Positions 25,051-38,559 of a stretch of DNA of 64,000 bases are shown piece by piece. The stretch is from Stegostoma tigrinum (Eukaryota), in contig NC_081383.1 of the NCBI RefSeq assembly GCF_030684315.1, positions 19,451,942-19,515,941 on the forward strand. Reading direction: 5' to 3'. The stretch's first letter is position 1; every line of letters begins with the position of its first letter. The position numbers and the translations under genes were made by a program. Under the pieces are notes generated by a model. That model was not told where the DNA came from, made no database searches, and worked only from the letters and a program-made list of their open reading frames with translations.

Positions 25051-25299
25051 TCTATTCTTTTCTGCCTTCGAGTTTTTTTTGCTGAAAATCTTGAATTCAG
25101 ATATTGGCAGATATTGTTAGGTATTACTGTGTGATTCTGGTAACCTTAGTTTTGATCTTTAGCATTATCTTGAAATGAATGTTACTGGGTCCTATGTTCC
25201 CCTTGTATTAAGTAATGATGTTATTACCTATATTGTTTTCAAATCCAATTATAATTTCCTTGTTCACCCCACCTTTTCAATGTAACAGAATTCCTGTGC

Positions 25300-25532
25300 A
25301 GCTAATGTTGTAGCATAAAAAGGATTGTTGATCCACAGTTTTCTGGCACGTTTTCCATTGTATGATATCCGTGAAAGAAAATACAAGGTCTGCTTTTGTT
25401 CTAAAAATATCTACTAAACACTCCTTCACCAGCTTTAATGTAACACAATGAACAAGGCTTATCTCTACAAAGCCAAAGACAAAGCTGACACTTGCACTAC
25501 ATTCTTCAGTCTTCAACAAAGCCAGATCAATC
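25300..25532 (+). promoter_or_regulatory. AMH proximal promoter with candidate SOX, NR5A1 (SF-1) and GATA sites
   Basis: ATTGTT 25324-25329, CAAGGTC 25384-25390, ACAATG 25445-25450, CAAGGCT 25453-25459 and TTATCT 25459-25464. These factor classes drive mammalian AMH; short motifs can occur by chance. Confidence 0.55.
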
Positions 25533-26154
25533 ATGGAAGCTGGTTCAATTTTTGTGGTTTTTCACTTATCCATTTTACTAATTCACGCTTTTCCTGTAGA
25601 ACAGAACATCAGGAAAGAACATGAAAATGTGGAGGAATCAGCCGTCGACCAACCAAAACAAATTCCTGATCTCCATTCAGCAGAAACACAAAAAAATTGC
25701 TCTGTGGACAGCGAATCTGTGTGTAATACAAAATTACTTTTTGCACAAGGAACGGCAGCAAAACTATTACAGTCATCATATGAAGGTGATAAGGTTGCCA
25801 TGAACATATCCTCCCCTAACGAGGCACAAAGAGAATCTCCATTTGCTAACAGAAGTCAAGATTTGTACACAATTTCTAATCAGAAAAATCCACACACTTT
25901 TAAAGATCTGGTATGTAGGCTACAAAGAGATGAAGAAAGCTTTAATTATCTTGAAGTGTTTGGTGCCATTACTGGATATGAACGTAGGTTTATTGAAGAT
26001 GTGGTTTTGTACAGTGACAATCATATGGCTAAGTTTGGAATTTGTTCCGGTTCACAAAAAAGGCATACAGCATTTCTCTTTCTTCGAAGCCTGGCACTTC
26101 ACATAAAAGCTGATGCAGAAATGGTGAGATTAATGGCGCTACACCTTTTTGAAG
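25533..26154 (+). CDS. AMH: Anti-Mullerian hormone exon 1
   Basis: Signal peptide MEAGSIFVVFHLSILLIHA. Later ITGYERRFIE..FGIC..RLMALHLFE| aligns with AMH_N (L..YE..FLE, FG.C, RLVVLHLEE|V). Donor G|GTAGG; phase 1. Confidence 0.93.
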
Positions 26155-27554
26155 GTAGGAAGTTAATAATTTGTATTCAAAAGGACTAGCTGAAGATATA
26201 TGACCTAATGCTGATGAGATTGGTCTTTTTACACGCTACTAACATTAGTTACTGTTCTCTTAAAAAAAAAACTGTTGGTTATAAAGATGACAAAAAAATT
26301 GTAGGACTGCAGTTTATCATTCAAGGACAGTATAATTAATTTTGCCAGTGCTAAATCTAAAAGAAACATGGGCAGTAAACTGAAAGGCTCATGTATAAAG
26401 CATTACGAACAGGCTGCAATGATGTTGGAAACACCTCTAGTGTGAATCCCAGTGTGCTTATTGTGCAATTTAGTTTAAAAATTTTCTGTTGACACTTACT
26501 CTTCGGTTAAGTTTGTTTTTCAGAGAAAACCCCTAGAAGTTCTGTAATTAGAATCCATTTCTTTAAGAAAAACTGCTGGCTATTAGTTCTTATACATGGT
26601 ATCATTTATACCTCATTTCATTAAAATGAATCAATGAAAGGTGTAATTTCAATACCCCTAACAGATTATAAATTTTCTTCTCAGAAAACGGCATTTGTAT
26701 CAATAGGGCCTGTCCCAGTGCATATATATGCATAAATGATTGCATAATAAGCAAGCAGTTAAATCTATTTGGAAAATTTACAAATCTCACTCCTGATGTC
26801 CCTTGTCCTCCATGTAAAAGCACTCTTCCATCAAAAGGGCATGGGTAACTTCGGAGGAAAAAGATCTGGGACCGGAAGAGTTCCAAACAGGTAAATTTAA
26901 CAAGGAATCTTTGGAGCCACGATTGCTCATGTACAGGCTCCATAGGATAATTAACCCTCTGCTTCACCAGGCTCCCCAAATCCTGAAATCTGAAGTGTTC
27001 ATAACCATTCCTTGCCTAGTGACTTATTGCAACTTAAATATGAATATCCTGTCCCGAGGACCAGCTGTGACCTGAACAATTTTTAGGTGAGCAATTGACT
27101 ACATTGGGCCAAAGAGTTTATGTCTGGAAGTTAAAATAGTCTTGTCTTTACATTTCCAAGTTTGGAGTGATTAGGTATTGCTTTCCTTCTTCATGATTAC
27201 CTTTAACTTTTTTTAAAATCATCTGCTTTTTAAAGCCATTCATCTTTTAAATAGATCTGGGCAAGAATAAAAACATATAAAACGTCTGATGTTTATTTTT
27301 AAGTTTTGTTGAGAGTCACTAATAAAAATTTGTACAGTGTTTCTTAGCTGCATTGCAACATATAGAAGTAAATATTTTACAGACGTTTCACCACAAGAGA
27401 CAAGTGAATGATAAAAATGAACTTCTAGTTTAAGTGCCTGGCTACAGGAGGATATTTAACACTGGAGTAGGAGTAGATAAGGGCAAAATAGGAAAATTTG
27501 GGTCTAGAAAGTACATGATTGACACCAAATACTATCTTGGGTAGAGAGTATCTT

Positions 27555-27690
27555 AGGAAGAAGAATCATATTGGACTCAATGCTAACTCTGCCCATCTCC
27601 ATGCACAATGTTGCACTCATTGCTGAGTTTCTCCAGCACTTTCTGTTGTCATTTCAGATCTACAACCACATATTCCACTTTTATTTCAAT
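27555..27690 (+). mobile_element. Decayed family B-related mini-element
   Basis: gaagaagaatcatattggactcaatgctaactctg...ctgagtttctccagcactttctg resembles 61186-61320. Confidence 0.5.
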
Positions 27691-28577
27691 GAGCAAAGAG
27701 AGCTGGGCTCACCTGAGAGGTTCTGACCTTGTTTCATGAATACTTGCAGGCATAATTGGCTATTTGCCATGTTCAGCCTATCACAGTGAAGGTCAGTTTC
27801 TGTAGCAAGCAATTGTCCAAGCAACCACAAGAGGAACCCACTTTGTTCACTTCGATTTGTCTATTCACATTAAGTTTGCAATTCTACTGTGTACATACTT
27901 AATGCTTTTTTCCCGCTGTTTTACCTTTTCAGTTTTTTATTAACTTCACATTCTTTCTATGTTTCTGTGCTGCTAGCTACTCCCTTGATTGAAGGGATTT
28001 TTTTTATGGACGTCTGCATAGCCAGGTGGCAAATTGCACAGAATAAATAAATCTGGTAGACTTGAGAACGTCCAATTTTCTGCTGGTCATGTCCTAACCT
28101 GTACCAAGTCTCCTCCATGTTGCTTGTCTGTAGCACTGTCTTGAGTGAGTTGAAGATATGCTATGAAGACATCTTGAAATGTGAAGCTCAAAGCCTCTGT
28201 AAAAATTTTTTTTGAAAAAGCATTCTTGAGAGACACTTTTACTGAATGTGTAACTAAGGACTGCATGTAAATACGGTTCAAATGACTGTTCACTTGAAGG
28301 TTGAGGTGTGGTCTGTGATTATTTACATTAGTTATATGGGAAATGGTATCACATACCTGGATGGCCTACTCCCCTACTAGCCAGGCCACTTTCTGACATA
28401 TTATGGAAACATAGAAGCAGGTAATTCTACAATTTAATATTACTTCTATAATATCTTTGTATACCTCTCATTCATTTGTACCAGATTTTTAAATAATAGC
28501 TTACTTTTTAATTGTATCTTTTTATTCCTCTCCAGATCTTTATCCTATCTATCTTCCCCTCTGTTTCATTCTATACC

Positions 28578-28707
28578 TGATCATGAAGGGTCTAGGCTCG
28601 AAACATCAGCTTTTGTGCTCCTGAGATGCTGCTTGGCCTGCTGTGTTCATCCAGCTTCACACTTTGTTATCTGGGATTCTCCAGCATCTGCAGTTCCCAT
28701 TATCACT
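28578..28707 (+). mobile_element. Family A Penelope 3' end (complete terminus, decayed hammerhead)
   Basis: atgaagggtctaggctcgaaacatcagc...ttatctgggattctccagcatctgcagttcccattatcac. Shows the native orientation of the tail that is inverted at 3422 and 46032. Confidence 0.85.
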
Positions 28708-30044
28708 GAGTCTGTTCTGCTGTTCAGTGAGATCATGACTGATCTGATAATCCGCAACATCACTTCCCTGCATTTTTTCCCTGTAATGTTTGATTCCCTT
28801 GCTATTTAAAAAAAAATCTATCTCAGGCTTGAACGGGCTTAATAACATAGCCTCGACAGCCCTCTGTGGTAAAGAATTTCACAAATTGGCCACCCTCTGC
28901 ATCTGACTGAAGGGACTTTGTCCTGGGAAGGGAGAGCCTGCTGAAAGCCATTTTCCTGCTCTTGTAGCTGACTCCCAACTTCTCTGTGACCCCCCCAAGA
29001 AACCCTTCTCACTTTTTTTACCTCAGGCCTGGGCCACTCCTCAATCCTGGGCCTCCGAAGCATGTCTTTCCAGCAGCAAAGCAACCAGCCTCTAATTGCT
29101 TAGTTGGTCTTGGTAGGCAGGTATTCCCATCCCTTTGGGTCCTGATTCTGTGGAAGACCTGCCTGTGTGACCTCCTTACTTTGTAGTTGACTTGTGACTT
29201 GGTAACCTTCTTCAGTTTAGTAATGTGGTTCTTTTGCTGACTTTGCAACTGGAGAAAACAGTGGTTCTACATTCATTGGTCTTAGAATAAACGTGAAAGT
29301 TTTCTACAAAACCCAAATGTGAAATGGCTACAATCTAAAGCTCTCCCAACATTGTTTCTTTTGTTGGGCATCAAGAGGCTGAAATCTGTTCAACAATCTC
29401 CAAATCTGAATGTCACTAAATAACTGAAGTGGGAGAACAAAGAAAAAAGCCGCTAAATATGTGCTTTGAATGCATAACAAATCAATGTAGATACACATTT
29501 TATCTTACATATAATTAAAAAAGGGATTGTACCCGTGGTGATGTTTATGGACCATCCTTTGAAAAGCAGTAACCAAAGCAAACAGTTACAAGCACCAACT
29601 AATTCAAGCCTTTATGATGTTTAAATGATGTCTTCTTGGATTGTATTTGTATGTGTTGAATCGTTTATGAATATTTATGCTTGATTATTTTTGGTCAGTA
29701 AATGGCCCTCTACAACCCAATAAACAAATATTTTGTGATGGATTTCCCTCTAGGGATGCTATACAGAAATTTGTATCTAGCCTGGGGAGGAGTCACTTAT
29801 CTGTGATTTTCTATGGGCTGATCAATCAATTGAATCAATCATTGAAACAAGCTTGATTCTGTGTGCTATTAAGTCTGTTGACTCAGGTATATATGAGCAT
29901 GGCCTGGGATGGAACAGAGTCTTAATCTACTTTTCTTGCAGCTTAGTGAAATTTATCTGTTGTTAAATCCTCAATCCAATCTGCCCTGTCCTGTATTGTA
30001 GTCAATGTTGTTATGATCCAATGATAATACAGGATAAGTCACAT

Positions 30045-30335
30045 CTAGAGGGTGTAGGTTTAAGGTGAGAGGGGAAAGATTTAAAAGGGACCTAAGGGAC
30101 AACTTTTCACACAAGTGTCATGTATGTATGGAATAAGCTGCCAGAGGAAGTGGTGGAGCATAGTACAATTGCAACATTTAAGAGGCATCTGGATGCGTAT
30201 TAGAAATAGGAAGGATTTCAGAGGAAATAGGCCAAATGCTGGCAAATGAGCCTATATTAATTCAGGTTATCTGGTTGGCATGGATGAGTTAGACAGAAGG
30301 GTGTGTTTACATGCTGTACATCTCTGACTCTATCT
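30045..30335 (+). mobile_element. CR1-type LINE extreme 3' fragment
   Basis: Colinear with 39150-39435. Confidence 0.8.
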
Positions 30336-30656
30336 CATAGTGAAACCTGGTTTTGTAAATAAAATGTTTTTTTTTCAGTTTGTTTACTGTGGTGGTCAGT
30401 TGATGCATATGTGACAATGTAGAATGATTGTAACATAGATAGTGACAAAAGAAAAATTTGGCCCTTTTCTCAGCAATATCCTTGAAACACATTCAGCTCA
30501 GTAGAGTACAAATCCTATCTAAACTTTAATTTTTCACTTAGCCAACAAGGTTATTTCTGTGACTTTTTGTCTTGCTGTCACTCCCTGAGATAGACTGACA
30601 CTGGCTACTGACTGTTCTTTACCTACTTAAACTTTAAGAAAAGTCTTTGTCTATTT

Positions 30657-30862
30657 TGTCAGATGGCACATAACACCAGGTTATAGTCCAATAGGTTTAT
30701 TTAAAATCACAAGCTTTTGAAGCACTGCTGAAGCCTGACTTCACCTGATGAAGGAGCAGACCTCCAAAAACGTGTGATTTTAAATAAACCTGGGACTATA
30801 ACCTGATGTCATGTGACTTCTGACTTTGTCCATCCCAGTCCAAAAGTGGCATCTCTGCATCA
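30657..30862. mobile_element. Fold-back hammerhead-like mini-element (family D), 9-bp TSD
   Basis: Inverted arms (cacataacaccaggttatagtcc...tttatttaaaatcac vs gtgattttaaataaa...ggactataacctgatgtcatgtg). Core CACCTGATGAAGGAGCAGACCTCCAAAA at ~30742. TSD TGTCTATTT at 30648-30656 and 30863-30871. Confidence 0.75.
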
Positions 30863-30940
30863 TGTCTATTTAAACTGCTAAAACATTTTAAAAATGCCTC
30901 TCCAGCTCTTGAGTGGATGTTCACATATAAACTGCTGGAA

Positions 30941-31265
30941 CCCAGCTAGTAACTGATGTCCATTTCAAGCCCAACGACTCCCACAACTACCCAGAATACA
31001 CCTCCTCCCACCCACCCTCCTGCAAAAATTCCATCCCCTATTCCCAATTCCTCCATCTCCGCCGCATCTGCTCCCAGGATGAGGCATTCCACTCCCGCAC
31101 ATCTCAGATGTCCAAGTTCCCCCTCTCTCCCTATTTATTCCAGTTCCCTCCCCCCCATCCCCCTCTCTGATGAAGGGTCTAGGCCCGTAACATCAGCTTT
31201 TGTGCTCCTGAGATGCTGCTTGGTCTGCTGTGTTCATCCAGCTACACACTTTGTTATGTCAGATC
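30941..31265 (+). mobile_element. Internally deleted family A Penelope copy, 13-bp TSD
   Basis: 30941-~31119 matches ~46850-47029 and ~31120-31257 matches ~48072-48206. TSD TAAACTGCTGGAA at 30928-30940 and 31266-31278. Confidence 0.9.
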
Positions 31266-31901
31266 TAAACTGCTGGAATGACTGTTTTTACCAACTGAAA
31301 TCTAATTGTGGTCCCTGGCCTGTCTTTTTGTTTGTTATAAATTTTAACTCGGTAAACATTTCATTTAGCTTTTCATTTCATTTAATCTTTTAGCTTGGGT
31401 CACATGCTTTCTTGGAAAAACTGTCCAAACTCACTGTTCAAGAGTGAATTTCTGACATGTAAAAATAAAACAACCACCTTCACAGAACTGAAAAACAAAA
31501 ATATCTTTCCTTCTATTGTGTATTATAACAATAAACAAGGAACCATTCAAAGTGTGAAGATTTTCCTGAGCTAATGCAGAATTGCCTTCTATAGTGTTCA
31601 GATTCCCTGATGTAATTACTTAGAAAGGAAAAACCACAGACATCAAATACCCAATAAATATTGTCTTTTGTTTTTGAAAATTAAATCACTTTAACAATGC
31701 TGCAATTATTATTTGTTGTCCAATCTTTTTTGTCTCATGACTGTATCGTGATTTTCAATACAAAGAATGACCAAGTGTAATTTTTATTGTTCTAGATCAC
31801 ACCTTATACTCGTGGTTCCCTCTGAGTCATTGTCAAATCTCTGCTTTATATTTAGTTCATAAGTGTGCAAAATACAATTACCCATTTCCTTTTCTAAACA
31901 G

Positions 31902-32083
31902 TGAACTGGAAAGAGTACAACCTACAACTACAATTTAAGGCAACATATGAAAGGGATTTACATCGGCTGGTAGAAGACTCAGAGATGTTTTTGTTAGTGT
32001 TTTACCTTGGACAAAGCCAAGACTATTTCTTTGGAAGTGAAGGAGGATTCAGATTTAATGAAATTCAATTGGAGGAACATCAG
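31902..32083 (+). CDS. AMH: AMH exon 2
   Basis: (V)NWKEYNLQLQFK...MFLLVFYLG...QLEEHQ, matching VTWE...L.F...LLVLY.G; phase 1-0. Confidence 0.93.
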
Positions 32084-34705
32084 GTGATCTTTTTTATTTA
32101 TTCAAATGATGAAATACAAATAAAAAAGGCCTGAAATCTTGTTTGGGTCAAAAATGGAGAAGATTCATTTTGTGCCAAAATGTATTTATTTCAGCATATT
32201 ATGATTTACCACATCTTCATATTGACCTAATTAGATTATTTGAAAATGCCTTAATAGGGCCTGTTATGAGCTTTCTATAAACAAAAGTAAAATGGCCACA
32301 TTCCGCAAATCACTACTGACCCTATTTAAATCTGAATCCTTTTAGTCTCTCACTGTTATTTGAGTATTTAGATCAATTACTCCCACTCTATCTTCTCCCT
32401 ATCCACTGTAACATTAGAAAGCAGCTGCCTTGGATTTATTTTTAGCTCATATCTAGGCCACTAGGCAGCCTTTGTTCGGTAGTGTTTTCCCTCATGAATT
32501 TATTTTTAAAACTAATTCCGTTCATTTGCACTTGATCCAAATTTGATTACCCTTTTGTTTTTGGGGTAATGAATTTTCAATTCATAAGGGCTTTATTATA
32601 CTAAGCTGTGAAGCTGAAACTTTGAACAGAAATAAACCATTGTGTCTGAAACCTGCGTTAATTTTCAGTTGAGAAAGAGAGACAGAGAAAAAAAAAGAGA
32701 GCAAGTATGGACCCACATTTTTTTCCAGTTATTTTGTGTCACTTTTTTCTATTTTATTTCGAGTTGATCATTTTAGAGCTTCATCGTAGTTCAATCATAA
32801 ATATCAGAACAAGATTACAGTTTGATGCAGAAAATAATATGAACTGTTTGTTATCTGTCAATTGAATAGATACATGGGTATCATTGAAAGTATATTTTGA
32901 ACTTAAATTATGTCTCTTTTGTTTCACTTTGTATTTAATATCTGTGAATGATGTAGCCAAATAGCCCAGTGTGATTCACTCCTGTACTTGCCAGTAATTG
33001 ACAGGCATTAATACAGGTCATTAAGATGTTTATGGAGGCTTGCCACCTTAGACTCATGCTAGAAATGGAGTGAAGTTCCTCATGCTATAATATCGATTAT
33101 CTCTATTTAATGGAGTGAGATGCCTATGGCCCTTTGGTAACTATGGTTATTACTTATTGACACGCTGTTATCCTCCTGAAAGAGAGGCAAACCATGTGAT
33201 AGCTAATGTCAGCTGAATGTAACAGCGGTAGACATTTACAGCAAAATATTTAAAACGAATATTGTGAAATGGAAATATATGTCTTGGATTGCTGTATTTG
33301 GAATTACGCAGCATATTTTTCTTCTTTCTGCAATGCATTTTCTACATTTTACAGTTATACTATATAAGTGAATTGGTCTTTGAGGAACTCATTGTTAGGA
33401 CTCCATAGTGGAAAGATGGAAGTTCTAAAAATTCTTTGTCGGAAGCTGGTGAAAGACAGACTTATTTTTGTTTTTAAGAAGTCTAAGAAATCTAACCAAC
33501 CCAGACAAATCTGATTTAACTGAAGTTAGTGGACCTCACCACTTACCAGTTTGATAAGTAATGGAGACAACTTGTCTCTTGTTTCTTGAGGCTTGAAGCT
33601 AGTGTAATCGTGGTGTAAATGGTGGAATTTCTGGGTTATTGCTTTTTGGTACTTGAATTCTGTCATTGAGATCAATTATATGTTCCACTGGAATCTAGTG
33701 TATTTTTGAGAATGGGTATAAATTTAGCATAGGTGGTACATGCCCTAAACTCTGGTGCTCTACATTATCTTTCCAAACAAAATAATCTTCGAATTTTTTC
33801 TTTATTGCATATTTGGGAAAACATAGGTACACAGATATATCAGTTAATAAATTATCCTTTTCTGTCAGGAGAACTAAACTTGTTCAAAATTAAAACCTTG
33901 CATCCTCCCTCTTTCTCTTGTGTGAGCCAAAGGTGAATGGCCAAATATGATTGTGCAAATATGATTGAGAAAAGAAAGCATTAATTTGAGCAGAAAATTT
34001 CAGGTACAATAAAAATATAATTTGAGAAAATGAATTTCCACCTTAAATTATAATGTGCTGAAATTTACGCTGTATATAATTTTCCATTTATACAACAATT
34101 CTAATTTTTCCATGTAAGCTGTCTTTTCAGCCATGTCACTTGTTAGACCTAGTGATTGGCTGATTTTGTACTTCTTATCCTTTTACTTGACACTTTTAGA
34201 AGGTTGTAATGGCAGAAATAACAGAATACATCCTTGAATCATACATTTGATGTTGTAAAACCACCGACAGCTTCCATGAGTACACCACAGCATTCAATTG
34301 TGTTCACAGTTGTGGCACAACTTTATTTCCTGTTAGAGTTTTATAAGTTCTCAGATTTGTTATCTTAGTGATTGTGACTTGAACATTGTGAATGCGAGTC
34401 ATGTTGCGTATCTTTCATATTAAATACATAGACCATATTTAATACGAAATATATTTTATCTTCAAATCACTTATAGCTCACAATCTCCACTATCACTGGA
34501 GAAACCCTGAGCAAGGATCAACATGAATAAGATAGGTTCATTTATTTATTGTGTCTACTATCTTTAACTCCTTTGATACTTTTGGTTCTGGCATAGCTTC
34601 TTATATCTGCACAAAGTAAATACTATTATTTGAAGTAGTGAAGGACAGGGAGGATATTTGGTGGAATTTAACTGTCAAGTCATAACATTGAATTTTTCTG
34701 TTTAG

Positions 34706-34826
34706 ACTGTTTGCTTTAATGAAGAGACAAAGTATGTTATCCTCAGTATTCAAGGAATCCCTGGAAAGTGCACAGATGGGCATCTGTGCATTGATGTGTC
34801 TTTAAAAATCAAGCATCTTTCTAATG
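34706..34826 (+). CDS. AMH: AMH exon 3
   Basis: TVCFNEETKYVILSIQGIPGKCTDGHLCIDVSLKIKHLSN matches AMH (S/T)(L/V)C.S.DT.Y..L; tttag acceptor and gtgagt donor; phase 0-1. Confidence 0.93.
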
Positions 34827-35924
34827 GTGAGTCATTTGCTACTACCTCTTAATTGTTTTTTCTTCCTACAGAAATCATAAAACTTGCAAAACATATTCAG
34901 TTGTAAAACCATGTCTGACATCATTAAGGAACATTTCCAGCTCCACCTGAGACTCCTTATTGATTATATCCACTTTCCTCGCCTATGGCTGCCCTAGATC
35001 GGCTGTTGCATTGATGTCGTTTTTATGTAGTTTCTAACTGTATATTCATTTGCATCTTCAAAATGTCACCTGCCTCTATCGCTATCTCAGCTCCACCCTT
35101 CTGCTGCAGAAGTTAACATTTGTGGTTTTATCACTCTGAGGTGTAAGTGTTCCAGAGCTCTGCTGGCTGACTTCCCATTCTCTGTCATTTGTAAACTTCA
35201 GCTCAACCAATACTCTACTCCCATTCAAACCCAAATCATCCCTTAGCTCTATCTTTGGTCTGATGACCTCTATGGCTTTCGGATGGCTCAATTAAAATTT
35301 AAGCCCTAGCACTTAAATTCTATCATGGCTTCATCCTCATTATCTCTGTGATCTCCTCCATCCCTTTGTTCAATCCAGGACTTTCACATGCACTTTGAAA
35401 TTTATGCATTTGGATTAATAGGGATCTCAAGTGTTATCAGCAGCTGTGGTGTGCATGGAGCTAGACTGAAACATTTGTACTTGGTATTTATAGATTTTGT
35501 TCTGGATATTAATAGAGTTTGTTCTTGGTATTGATAGAAAATGAGCTGATGTATAATGTTGTTTTTGGTGTGTTTTGAAATAAATCCATCTGGCAGGCAA
35601 ATTTCTTTGAAAAGAAATGAAGCACTTATCAGTGTTTGTGCTCAGTGATCAGAGAGCCTTGTGCTTCCATAATTTGAAATGATATTTTTAGACAAAACAA
35701 TAGATATGCAGCAAGTTTATTTACCAGATGTATGCTCCAGGGCACCTAATCAAGCAAGGGTGAATTGACACTTTGGCAAACATCACACTTAATTTCCCAC
35801 TTTAATAGGTGGGATTTATAGTGGGTGGCCAACCTATTCGCAGGTGCCTTCATCCTACCTGTTGAAGTTGGACTGATATCCCCAGTGTTTCTCTGCACAT
35901 GGTAAAATCTGGGTGCAGGAGCCA

Positions 35925-37125
35925 TATAAATGTACAAAACAGAAGCAGAAGTAGACCTTGAGCCATTCAATAAAATCATGATAGATCTGTTTGTGTTTTG
36001 AATTCCACGTTCCCATCTATCACCTAAACCCTTGATTCTCCATCCCCTGCCTCTATTCACTCAAGTCTTAAAATTTACTTGATGACCCAGCCTCCACCAA
36101 CTTCTGAGGCAGAGAGTTACAAAGTCACATATCCTCTTGAGAGAGAAAAAAATCCCCTCACCTCTGTCCTGAAAGGGCAAACCCTAACTTTAATGTAACA
36201 TCTGATACTTGTAGACTGATTAACAAGAGAAAATATCCTTCCCTCATCTACCTTGTCAAGATTAGCATCCCTTAGCCTTCTTGATTATGTATTGAACCTA
36301 CATACTTTCATGTTGTGACTCTTACAAAAGAGCATCCTCTACATATTCGAATTCAGAAATCACTCCATGCTGTTTGTTTCCATTCACCCTGACAAAGTGA
36401 ACAACCTCACATTTTTCCACATTATTTACCATCTGTAAGAATTTTGCCCACACATTCAACCTATCTGTAATCCATCTGCACATCTTTACATCTTCTTCAC
36501 AACATGCTTTCGTACTTATGTTGGTATTGTCTGTGAATTTAGCTACCAAGCCTTCATTCCTCTCAACTAAATCATTGATATAAATTGTAAGAAGTTGAGG
36601 GCCCAGCACAACCCCCTCATCATATCCTGCCAATCAGGCAAACATTCATTTACGCATTCTCTCTGTTTTCTACCAGCCAGCCACTCTTCTATTTAAGCTA
36701 ATATGTTACCCGCTGCACATGTGCCATTATTTTCCATAATAACATTTTGTTGGACACCTTTTCAAATGCCTTCTGGAAAGTTGCCTGTTGAAGGTCTACA
36801 GGCTACCTTGATCCTAAGCACATGTTATTCCATCAAATACATTGGTTAAACATGATTCCATCTTATCATGCATGTTTTACCTTGCATGTTTCTAAGTGTG
36901 CAACTACAATCTCTTTAATGATCGATTGTAACACCTTCCCCATGATAGATATCAAGCTAACTGGCCTATATTTTCCTGTCTTCTGCCTTCTTCCTTCTTG
37001 AACAGAGGGGTTATATTTGTTACTTGCCAATCTGATGCAACTTTTCCTGAATCTAGGGAATTTAGGAAAATTAACACCAATGCATCAAACTCATGAGCAG
37101 TTTCTTTTAAGATCTTTTAACGCAA
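35925..37125 (-). mobile_element. CR1-type LINE fragment (RT)
   Basis: Minus-strand ORF VLGPQLLTIYINDL..VAKFTDNT..NVEKCEVVHF; also FQKAFEKV and YRP.SL.S.MGKVL. Confidence 0.85.
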
Positions 37126-38559
37126 ACATGCATGATTTCTGCTTGTTTACTTTGTTCCACGTTATGGCTACTGCTAGGTGCCTGTAGACCATACCTTCTC
37201 GTGACTTATTTTTCCCCTATTCCTCAGCTAATTCTATATCCTGATCTTCTGAAACAAGGTCCTCTCTAACTATTGTTTAATGAACTGATCTACAATTCCC
37301 TGCTCTCCTTTTCTCACTTGTTTTAAGTAGATGAGTGGGAAATACAATTTTTCAGTCAAAAAATACAGCTCTTGAAATGAGGGAACTTTGCAATGTACTT
37401 TCAACTGTGAGATGTAAACCATTTTCTTGGGGGCTTTTACTCCATATTTCCATTATTTTCTTCAGGACTGTTAAATTACTTGAATTAATTATGGTGAGTT
37501 CTTGTCCCTGATATAACATAAGTTTCCTACATCTTTTCTTCTTGACTGTAAATACGAAGTAATGTGAAGTAATTATTAACAAATGTGCCATTTCCTTGTT
37601 TTGATTTATAATTATTTTCATTCTTCAGAGACACAGATTAATTAGACCATGCTCTCTATTTGAATATAATTGTAAATATTTGTATTGGTTATGAAAGCTG
37701 TTGCAAGTTTCTTTTCATATTCATTTCTGTAGCTCTTACTAATGATTTTATCATCCTTTACTCTTTCTCATTCACCAGGATCTGTGCTAGTTTTTCCATT
37801 CCATTAAACTTTTCCCTTAATTTTATGCTTTTACCTCTTTAGTCTTCCATGCCTATTTCTTTTGGCAAGTTAAACTGGTCCCATATCACATTAAATTCTT
37901 TTGTGAATACCTGTCACTGATATATTGGTTTACCCATTGACAAATGGTCCCAGGTTACTGTATGCAGCCTGTTTTAGCTCTTTGAAATCTGACTGTCCAA
38001 AATCTAAAAGTACCTCTTTTGTGCTTCTCCCTTTTAAACAGAATAGTGAATTTCATCACACATTGATTGCCATAAGGATAATTATTCATACACCATAGTG
38101 TTTGCTAAGTAATTCTAGTTCATTCATCATCATATTTTCCTTCACTTAGTTTCCTTAGGCTGTCTTTTAAGGCTGGGAAATGTCTGCTCCTGTTAATTTT
38201 TTCCCTAGTGTCTCTTTCTCCAGGGCATTCTTCTGCGATTCTTCCAGTTGACTACTGTAATTTCAGTGGAAGGTTGGCTAAAAACCTAAAGTTTCTTTGT
38301 TTTGGGGTTTCTAGCAAAATTACATGATGATTCAGAAGAAAGTCTGAAGACATTTCCAATACATATCTTTGCTACTGTGAAAATGAACCAAGATCACAGT
38401 AGTCCAAGTGAAGCCTTACCTTGGCTTTAAAACCAATTGAGGAAACTTACACTTTAAGAAGCCAATTAGCAGTTAACTTCAAATCAGAGATGCTACAAGA
38501 TTTGTGCTTGACAAAAGCCCATGAGTGGATGGGTGGCATATATTATGCATTTTTATCTA

